Source of the DNA: Cetorhinus maximus
Taxonomy: Eukaryota
Reading direction: 5' to 3'
NCBI RefSeq assembly: GCF_964194155.1
Contig: NC_135899.1
Span: forward strand, 79,918,001-79,982,000
Length of the DNA stretch: 64,000 bases
Both the position numbers and the translations under genes were made by a program. The notes beneath the pieces are model-generated. The model worked only from the letters and a program-made list of their open reading frames with translations. It did no database searches and was not told the DNA's origin. Every line of letters starts with the position of its first letter. Position 1 is the first letter of the stretch. Of the stretch, positions 51,335-60,839 are shown piece by piece.

Positions 51335-51642
51335 GGAAGGCTTGCATTTATACAGCACCTTTCATGACCACCAGACATCTCAAAGCACTTTACAATCAAT
51401 GAAATACTTACTGAAATATAGTCACTGTTGTAGGAAACACAGCAGCCAAATTGCACACAGTAAGCTCTTACAAACAGCAATGTGATAGGTAACCTATTTT
51501 TGTGATGATGTTTGAGAGATAAATATTGGCCAGGACACTAGGGATAATTCCTTTACTCTTCTTCAAAATAGTACCATGAGATCTTTTACAAGACCTGAAA
51601 GGCAGATGGGGCCTCGATTTTAATGTCTCATCTGAAAGACAG
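51335..51642 (-). mobile_element. Deu-domain SINE, 5'-truncated
   Basis: Reverse complement of the Deu core and tail ('gcttgcatttatacagcacc...taggaaacacagcagccaaattgcacacag...gggcctcgattttaatgtctcatctgaaag'). Confidence 0.8.
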
Positions 51643-53330
51643 GGAGAAACACTAGTGTACTGATGGGCTGAATGGCCTGTTTCTGTGCTGAAAATTTCTG
51701 CGCTGACAGTGTGATGATATCTTCAACGTGTCTTTAACCATGAGAAGAGACATGCAGAATCTTGGTAAAAACACAAGAGAGAGGGGATTGAACAAGAGAA
51801 AGGAAGCAAGGGAGAGAATGAGAAAGAAGGGAGGAGCAGGAAGAGAGAAACAAGGCAGAAAATTGTACACAATACACAGAAAAGATCCTGATCTAATTCA
51901 GTTTACACAGATTTCCTGGGATCCAAATATGAAGACAGTTTTCTTCTGTCTTGACCCAAAAACTAGTAATTGTCACCACTTCTGTTTTCTGTTTAAGGCC
52001 ATTTTACCCGAGTGGAATTTTCAATTTCTGACTGAATCTATTAGATTTACCATAATTAAATATTTTAAAAGAAATTTATAACATTCACAGGCTTCACATC
52101 GATGTAAAATGTGAATATAAATACAATCATCCACCATTCGCCTGGAATATGTACACAAACCACCCACTTTGAATCCCTTCGAATCGTCCCAATTTTTTTG
52201 CATTTTTTAAAAGTAGGTCACTTAAAAACAATAATAACATTCAATATTTTATTCCTCGAGAATGAATACACTTGGCATTGGGGCCGGAGTGTTGTGTGTT
52301 GCTGTTTCTCTCCCAGCTGTCAGCATGATCACATTGCCAGCAGTGAGTGAGACTCACCACAACTCCATTGCAATCCTGGGACTGTGTTGCAGGCAAGGCT
52401 CTATTTTTAAACACTGCTGCTCATGGAGGCTGCTTATTTTGTGTGACTGAGTATCAGGCTGGGCTCTCGTTTTCATTTCGTTCTCTACATCCTCCTTCTG
52501 TTGCATTTAAAACAAACCCAACTTTCTGCTAATGGATCCCATTGCACAAGAAGAAGTCCATTAAATGTTTTATTGATTAAAATGCTGGTTTGCTGCGCAG
52601 TTTCTTTTGTTTCAGTGGGTGAGCTGTGAGTTGTGTGAAATGCTCCTGTTTTAATGCAGGCTGTGTGCAGGTCAGAGAGAGCAGGCTGCACCTCCCCAGG
52701 GACATGGATTCCACTCACTCTAAACCCTTCAAAACCCCAATTCCTGCACAAACACCCACTGCTGATGGGGGGGACAGGGAGGCAGGACACCCCAGGAAGG
52801 AACCTGCAGCAGTTTCTGGCCCAAACATTGTGTTATTAGCTTGTTTTTTTCAGCTTTTTAATGTGCAACTTCTCAGAATCCAGTCCGGGTTTTAAACTGG
52901 TTTCCCCTCTTCAATGTACTGTGTGCTCAAAGCTGCAGCACTCACTGGCAGCCGCTGCTCCTTCCACCCTCCCCTGGCTCCCATGCCCCTCACAAACACC
53001 TTCCCGGCCCAGGCCGGGCTGCACCCTGCTTCCGGCACCTCCTGCCCCGCCCGGCCTCACTGCTCCCAGTGGCTGCTCGCCGGCCTCATCCTCTGAGACA
53101 GCGGCGCACTCTTTTGTCAAGCTGTCCTTTTGGCACATTCCTGTGTTATTGCGCAGCGCTCTGTCTCTCGCTCTTCCTGGAAACTCCCGCCCAAAGCAGA
53201 GAAACCAGAGAAACAACAAGAACAGCAAAGAGAACTAACTCACAGCACACTGTCAGCACAGAAAACTGCACAGAGGGCACAGAACAAGCCAGAGCTGAGA
53301 AAACAAGATCTGTAGGGGGGGGGGGGGGGA

Positions 53331-53790
53331 ACAGAGCAGAGAAACAACAAGATCTGTAGAGGGGAAACAGAGCAGAGAAACAACAAGATCTGTAGAGAGG
53401 AAACAGAGCAGAGAAACAACAAGATCTGTAGAGGGGAAACAGAGCAGAGAAACAACAAGATCTGTAGAGAGGAAACAGAGCAGAGAAACAACAAGATCTG
53501 TAGAGGGGAAACAGAGCAGAGAAACAACAAGATCTGTAGAGGGGAAACAGAGCAGAGAAACAACAAGATCTGTAGAGAGGAAACAGAGCAGAGAAACAAC
53601 AAGATCTGTAGAGGGGAAACAGAGCAGAGAAACAACAAGATCTGTAGAGAGGAAACAGAGCAGAGAAACAACAAGATCTGTAGAGGGGAAACAGAGCAGA
53701 GAAACAACAAGATCTGTAGAGGGGAAACAGAGCAGAGAAACAACAAGATCTGTAGAGGGGAAACAGAGCAGAGAAACAACAAGATCTGTG
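53331..53790. repeat. Homogeneous 36-bp tandem repeat, ~12.7 copies
   Basis: Unit acagagcagagaaacaacaagatctgtagag(g/a)ggaa, contiguous, no spacers. Confidence 0.97.
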
Positions 53791-56335
53791 GAGAGGATAA
53801 AAAGCAAACCAGAGCAGGAAAACAACAAGACCTGTAGTGAGGACACAGAGTAGACTAGAGCAGGGAAAGAACAAGAGCCGTGGGGAGAACACAGCAAATT
53901 AGAGCAGAAAAAAGAACACATCATCATAGAAATCGCAGAACAAACCAGAGCAGAGAAAGAACATAACTAGAGAGGACAGTAAAGTGGAGAAGAAACAATA
54001 CATGTAGAGAGCAGACTAGAGAGGACAAACATGATTGGTAGAGAGAAATCGGAGCAAACTAGAGAAGAGAAACAACAAGATCTGTAGAGGACACAGACCA
54101 AGGGAGCCACAACACCATCTATAGAGAGAAAACAGAACAAACTACTGTGGAGAAAACAAAATCCGTAGAGGATACACAGAGCAATTAGAGCAGAGAAGCA
54201 ACAAAAACTAGTCAGGACACATCTAGAGAAGAGAAAGAACGAGATCTGCAGAGAGGACCCACAACAGTCTACAGCAGAGAAAGATAAAGTACAATAGAGA
54301 GGACACAGCAAACTACAACAAGAACTGTATAGAGGACACAGTGCATTGGAGCAGCAAAGGGACACAAAATGTAGCGAGGACATGGAAAACTAAAGCAGAG
54401 AAATAACAAAAACTGGGAGTAGGCCACAGACCAAATTAGAGAAGATAAACAACAAGACCTGAAGAAGAACATAGTGCAAACTAGAGCAGGGATACAACAA
54501 GAAACTAGAGAGGAGGCAGCAAACCTCCTCTGAGGAGTGAAATATCAAAATGTGTCAAAAGGACAAACAGTAAACTAAAAAAGGGAAAGAACAAGGTCTG
54601 CATGAAGGACCCACATTAATCTACAGCAGGGAAAGACGAAGTACTGTAGAGAGGACAGAATGCACTAGAGCATTGAAGGAACACAAACTGTAGAGAGGAC
54701 ACAGAAAGTTAAGCCTAGAAAGAATACAAGAGAATACAGACCTAATTAGGGCAAAGAAACAAGACCTGTAAAGAGAATGCAGAGCAAACTAAAGCAGAGC
54801 AACAAGATGTGTTCAGAGGACACAGAGAACTGGAACATAAAAATAACAAGATCTATAGAGGACACAGCAAACTAGAGCAGAGATGACATCCAGAAATGTC
54901 GAGAGGACAGAGTAAATTAGAGCAGCAAAGGATACAGAAAACTAAAGCAGAGAAAGAACACAAACTGCAGAGAGAACACAGTCCAAATTGGAGTAGAATA
55001 ACAACAAGATCAGTAGAGGTGACAGCAAATTAGAGCAGTGAAAGAACTCAAACTGTAGTGAGAGAAAATTAAAGCAGAGAACAAGAAAAACTATAGATGG
55101 CACATTAACCAGAGCAGAAAAACAACATATTAGTTTGCTGTAGTCCTTTACACCAAATGTGGAAAAAGAACATAATCTAAGAAAGGACACAGCAAACAAG
55201 AGCAGAGAAAGAACAAGATTTGGAATGACACCACAGCAAACTAGAGCAGAGAAACGAGATCTATAGAGTTAACAGAGCAAACTGCAGCAGAGAAAGAACA
55301 AGGTATGCATTGATGACGAGAAAACTAGAGCAGAGAAACAAAATATATAGAGAGAAAAGAGCAAATTAGAGCAGAGAAGAAAACAAGACCTGTAGCAAGG
55401 ACAAGAGCAGAGGAATAACGACAAGTGTAACAGAACAAAGTGGAATAGAGAAACAAGATGTGTAGAGAGGTCACACAGAAAACAAATGGTGAAAGAATAA
55501 GATCTATATAGAAGGCACAAATTTAGAGCAGAGAAACAAGAAGAGCTGTAGAGAGGACACAGAGCAAACTATAGCAGTGAATAAAAATGCAAAGAAGATA
55601 TCAACCATTAAAGCAAAAACATAAACTACACTTTGTCATATTAGAGCAGAGGAACAAGAAAACCTGTGGAGAGAACACAGAGCAAACTGGACCAGAAAAA
55701 GAACATAAAGAGAAGAGACAGCAAACTACAGCAGAAAAACAGTACAAACTGTAGAGAGGATACAGAATCACAGAATTGTTAAGGTGTACAAGGAGGCCAT
55801 TCGGCCCATCGTGTCTGCACTGGCTCTCTGAGCATTTTAACTTAGTGCCAATCTCCTGCCTTTTCCCCATAAGCCTGCACATTGTTTCTATTTAAATAAT
55901 CATCCAATGCCCTCTTGAATGCCTCAATTGAATTTGCCTCCAGCACACTTCTAGGCAGTGCATTCCAAACCCTAACCACTCGCTGTGTGAGGATGCAGGA
56001 AATTAGAGCAGAGAAAGAACAAGATCTATAGAGGGGGTACAGAGCAAACTACTACGGAGAAAGAACAAGATCTGTAGACAGGACAGAGAGCAAACTAGAG
56101 CAGAAAAAATAGACATGCTGTAGAGAGGACACAGAAAACTAGAGCAATAAAGCCACACAAGCTCCATAGAGGACCCAGAAAACTAAAGCAGAGAAAGAAT
56201 GCTAACTGCAGAGAGAACACACAACAGACTAAAGTGGAGAAAGAACCAGAACTGTAGAGAGGACCCAGAGCAAACTAGAGCAGAGAAACCAGTTTGATAG
56301 AGAGGGCAAAAAACAAATTACAGCAGAGAAGGAAA
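53790..56335. repeat. Degenerate ~46-bp satellite related to the 36-bp array
   Basis: Unit acacagagcaaactagagcagagaaagaacaagatctgtagagagg; period 46 between 56041 and 56087. Confidence 0.85.
55763..55990 (-). mobile_element. CR1 3' end inserted in the satellite
   Basis: 'cagaatcacagaattgttaaggtgtacaaggaggccattcggcccatcgtgtctgcactggctct...gcattccaaaccctaaccactcgctgtgtga'. Confidence 0.8.
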
Positions 56336-56439
56336 CACAAACAGTGGGAGGCTTATGCTAATGTACAAAGTAAGAAGCATGAACTCCAGCTTGACAGAAT
56401 ACTGCTTCTACAGAGTACTTAACTTGGGAAATTCGGTGA

Positions 56440-57935
56440 ATGAGGGAATTTGGTGCAGTGAGGGAAGAGGTGCTGACATGGTTTTTACAAATCAAGGAGG
56501 GGTCTGAGAGATGTAGGGAGAGACAGTGAGACCTGAAGTCTAGACGCATTAATTAGGTGAGTTGGTTGGTGAGTTTTAAGGTTTTTCTTTCTTCAAAACT
56601 ACAGCAGTAGTTTAAACTAGGACTGAGAAAATATAAATACTGTATTAAATTTATAACAACTAGTTAAAGTAATTGTTGAATAAATTCTTTAACTAATAAA
56701 TAAATAAAATAAGGTTAGTTTAAGAAGTGACAGAGCAGGTTGTGTGTCTGGACTGCAGGATCTGAGAGTTTGTGAACGATGAGACTTTCCTGAGCAAACA
56801 TGTCTACAGGAGATGTCTCTGTTTTGAATCTCTCTGGCTGGAGTGCGAGTTTGCGAGACTCCAACATATAAAGGAGGAGTAAGAATTTCTGGACAGTGTT
56901 ATCCAGAATATAGTCACACCCCAGGGGAAAACACAGGTTCAGGAAAGGGAGGGTGTCAGGGAGTCAGGCAGCAGCAATTTAAGAGAGGCTGAGAAGGACG
57001 TGCTATAGACACTGGTCCTGTCCAACAGGTCTGATGCACTCACTACCTGTGAAGACAAGGAGTAAGTTTGCAGAAAGGACAGCCACAATGCAGGCCAAGG
57101 CAATGTAGCACAGAAGGCTGTTGAAGGTGTGGTGGGAGGGGGGCGTGGTGGAGTTGGTGGGAGAAGAGTAGAATATAAATGTGGTAGTAATAGGGGCCTC
57201 TATAAACAGGGGGATGGATAGCATTCTCTGCAGCCAAGAACAAGAATTCAAAAGAGTGTGTTGCCTACTCAGTGTCAGGATGAGGAATATGTCATGAGCT
57301 TGGAAAGGGGTAAATCCAATTGTCTTGGAATAAACAATACAGGTAGCGACAGGGAATGGGGCCTGCTGAAAGAGTATCAAGAGTTAGGCTTGAAATTAAA
57401 GAGCATGCAGTTCTGGTTGCCATATTATAAAAAGGATACAGATGCAATGGAGAGGGCGCAGAGAAGACTTACAAGTATAATACCAGAACTGGATGGGTAT
57501 ACATATCAGGAAAGGATTGATAGGCTGGGTCTCTTTTCTTTGAAAAAAGAAGGCTGGGGGTGACCTAATAGAGGTTTTTTAAATTATTAAAGATTTTGAT
57601 AGAGTGGATATAGAGAGAATGTTTCCACTTGTGAGGAAGAGCTTAATTAAAAATCATCAATATAAGATAATCACCAATAAATCCAATAGGGAATTCAGAA
57701 GAAACTTCTTTACCCAAAGAACAGTGAGAATGTGGAACTTGCTATCACAGAGAGTGGTTAGAGCGAATAGTGTAGGTGTATTTAAGGGGAAGCTAGACAA
57801 ACATATGTGGGAGAAACAAATAGGGAGTTACAATGATAGATTTAGATGAGGAAAGATCGGAGGAAGCTTGGATAGAGCACAAACTCCAGGTTGGGCCAAA
57901 TGGCTTGTTTCTGTGCTGTATATACTATGTAATCA
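56440..57935 (+). mobile_element. CR1 5' UTR and ORF1 remnant joined to a CR1 3' end
   Basis: Zinc-finger remnant VVCLDCRI*EF..HVYRRCL (~56740-56820) and esterase remnant VVIGASINRGMDSILC (~57183-57231). At ~57405 it jumps to QFWLPYYKKDTDAMERAQRRLT and ORF 57604..57849. Confidence 0.75.
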
Positions 57936-58489
57936 TATCTAAGCAAAGTAGGGCAGAGAATAACAAGGGCCTTGAAATTTGGCTCCTTGGTGCCCGGTCA
58001 CTTGGCACTACGAGTGCTGCTTTGCCTTCAAAATGGTGCCTGTAGTACAAGTGCTCACTTAGTTGCTAGACATTTTGGTGAGGGTGTTAGTGCATGTGCA
58101 GGGAGCATCCACTGGAAGTATGTGGGTTAGGCAGATCGTGAGGTCAATCATCATGGAACACAGATTTGATGCCAGCGCTTCCATTATGGAGCCCAACGCT
58201 CCAGATAATGCCCTTTCTTAACATCACACAGCTGAATACGTGTCCAGTGGCAGGAAGGACCCACACCTGCACTATTTAAAGGGGTCATCAACCAATTTCA
58301 GCTTAGTTGCTGTTTGAGTTCTCATGACTTTTGGTGTGATTGTAAAAGTGTTTGGTGGTTTTCAGAGCTGCTTAAAAGTTGCTGGTGTCTACCGGTGGTG
58401 GTTTGTCACACGCTGTAGGACTTTGTCCTGACTTCAAGGATTCTTTACCAACCACTTGATGCCAGGCATGGGTGCAGTAGTGTGTCTGT

Positions 58490-59185
58490 TTCATCAGTTG
58501 AGGGAGAGAAGTAGGCAGTGATCAGCAGGAGGTTTCCTAGCCCATGTTTGACCTGATGCCATGAGACATCATGGGGATGTCTTAACGGGGACCGGAGTCA
58601 ATATTGAAGACTCCGATTGCCACTCCTTCCTAAATGTATACCAAAGTGGAACATCCTCCAATAGGGCAAGACATACCCAGGGATGGTGGTGGAGGAGATT
58701 GGGACATTAACTGTAAGGTATGATTATGTGACTGTGTCAGGCTGTTGCTTGACTAGCCTGTGGAACAGCTCTCCCAATTTTGGCACAAGTCTCCAGGTGT
58801 TAGTGAAGAGGCTCGAGTGGGCAGGGTGTGCCTTTGTCATTTCCGGTGCCTAGGTTGGTGCTAGATGGTCCATCTGGTTTTATTCTTCTTTGACTTTTCT
58901 GTAGTGGTTTGGTACAACTGATGGCGGTTAAGAGTCAACCACAGTGCTGTGGGTTTGAAGTCACATGTAGGCCAGACTGGCTAAGGACAGCAGATTTATT
59001 CCTCTGTGGACATTAGTGAATCAAATGGATTTTTGTGATAATCAGGTAGGTGGTAGGTTCACAATTATTTTTAATGAGACTAGCATTTTATGCCAGACTT
59101 TATTAATTAATGCCTTTGAAACATTAGTCTGCGACTTTAACATTAGTCCAGTAACATTACCGACATTACCACTTTGCTACTACGC
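58490..59185 (-). mobile_element. 5' end of the family A LINE: tRNA-SINE-like head and core followed by an APE endonuclease N-terminus
   Basis: The minus strand from 58810 reads LFTNTWRLVPKLGELFHRLVKQQPDTVT*SYLTVNVP..TIPGYVL..., then HDVSWHQVKHGLGNLLLITAYFSPSTDE. 58925-59185 matches the SINE at 48587-48860. Confidence 0.75.
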
Positions 59186-59524
59186 TGTTCCTCCCCCACC
59201 CAATCCTCATGCCTGGTGCAGGATCAAAGCCTTATGACATCTGCCAGGATAGTGGGAATTCAGCAACATGATGTTCCGTGTATGGTTATGCACCAACTCA
59301 AAACACAGCATCCAACATTAGATGTGATTCCGCAATTGGACAATTGCTAAATAATCCTCAATGTGCTAAGAATTACGCTGACAAAAATTTAAGATTGTCA
59401 GTCGGACTCGCAGTGGGTGCATGTGCGTGTACTTGAAGCTACATAGATTAATACACAGGGCCCTGTTCTTTGCAGACAGAAAGAACATATACACACATTG
59501 TGCCTGTTTCAGCTAAGCAAAATA

Positions 59525-59845
59525 AATGACAGACATTTGCCGGTTCATTCCTCAGGGCAATGCCTTGACCAATCAGAGTCAAGCTGCCTGGTTTAAGTTT
59601 CAAACAATGCTTGCAGTTAACTTGCAGTGACCATCAACCAGTGCATTCTCCATGGCAATGCCACTACCAATCAGAAAGTCCATTTGCCAATCAATCAGCA
59701 CTCTCTTCTCATACAGTATAAATTGTTGTTACCTTTATATTTGGTATTCCTGTGAATTGTCCTGATGAGTCCAAGATGAAAAGCTTCAACAAAAAAGTCT
59801 CTTTTTTCAGAAATACTCAAGTTCTGTACTACCAAATGACTAATT
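59525..59845 (+). mobile_element. Probable Penelope-like pseudo-LTR (CCAAT x3, TATA, hammerhead motif)
   Basis: CCAAT at 59569, 59667 and 59687; TATAAA at 59717; hammerhead core at 59757-59792. Confidence 0.6.
59757..59792 (+). ncRNA. Minimal type I hammerhead ribozyme motif (slightly decayed)
   Basis: ttgtc-CTGATGA-GTC caa GAT-GAAA-agct-TC-aacaa. Both core boxes are intact, with stem II, a palindromic AAGCTT stem III and stem I ttgtc/aacaa (one mismatch). Confidence 0.65.
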
Positions 59846-59869
59846 TTAGAATAGGAGTCCAAAAAGATG

Positions 59870-60810
59870 GTTAAACATAAAGTAAGAGGAAATCCTATTA
59901 AATATTATTTAAAATATCTCTTCAACAATACAGTGTCCGTAATAAAATAGAGGACCTGGAGGAATCAGACATAGTAGGGATTACTGAGACATGACTATAA
60001 AAATATAAGAACTGGAAATTAAACATTTGCAGGGTATAATGTTTAGAAAAGATATAGAGAGAGAAAAACGGGAGGTGGAGTAGCTGTACCTGTTAGGAAT
60101 AAGATAATGGCAGTGGAAAAAGGAACACAGCTATCAGCAAGACAGAAATAGAATCCGTATGGGTAGAGCTAAAAGATTATAAAGGGCCCATCACATTAAA
60201 GGTGTAAACTACAGGCCACCTAATAGTGGAAGGAAGGTGGAGGAATAAATATAGACTAGGAAGAATAGACAAATGAACAAATTCAGAGAATACAGAGTCA
60301 GGGGCAAGTGTCAGAATGGTTTGCTCGCTGGCTTCAAGACAGAAAGCAGAAAGTGGCATTAAAGGTTTGTTATTCAGAGCGGCAATAGGTGGGAAGTGGT
60401 GTTCCACAAACGCCTGTGCTGGGACAACTGATGTTCACAATTTGCACTGACGGTTAGGATTTGGAATCAAAACCACAATTTCTAAATTTGCAGATGACAC
60501 CAAATCAGAGGGATAGTCAATACTGAAGAGGACTGCAGAAAGTTAAAGGAGGACATTCACAAATTGGCAAAATGGGCAAATAATTGGCAAATAAAGTTCA
60601 ACAAAGATAAACGAAGAAGCACATTTTGATAGGAAGAATGGGGAATCACTTAATACTTGGAAGGTGTGTGCCTAGTTGGTGGAGTGGAACAAAGGGATCT
60701 CAAGCTACAAATACAAAATCACTAAAAGTTGCGCCATAGGTTAGCAAAGCCGCCAAAAAAGCAGATTAAGCACTAGGTTTTATTTATAGAGGGATAGAAT
60801 TGAAAGGAAG
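59870..60810 (+). mobile_element. Degenerate, internally deleted CR1 ORF2
   Basis: APE remnants (NKIEDLEE..DIVGITET*L, RKRGGGVAV, ESVWVEL, YRPPN), then RT (SGVPQTPVLG, SKFADDTK, WANNWQIKFN). Confidence 0.75.
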
Positions 60811-60839
60811 AGTGTCCTGCAGTCAGTTTTTATTGAAAA

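Noticed and set aside
52861-53238. ORFs in the GC-rich upstream patch
   Set aside because: No recognisable homology, weak or non-ATG starts, and no convincing splice pairing.
53146-53927. 36-bp repeats resembling a CRISPR array, and repeat-protein ORFs
   Set aside because: The units are contiguous with no spacers, no cas genes are present, and the context is vertebrate. The ORFs are repeat translations.
57965-58490. Possible non-autonomous DNA transposon (similar hints at ~42360-42500 and ~44375-44680)
   Set aside because: It looks repeat-like, but I could not define TIRs or a TSD, so it is not called.
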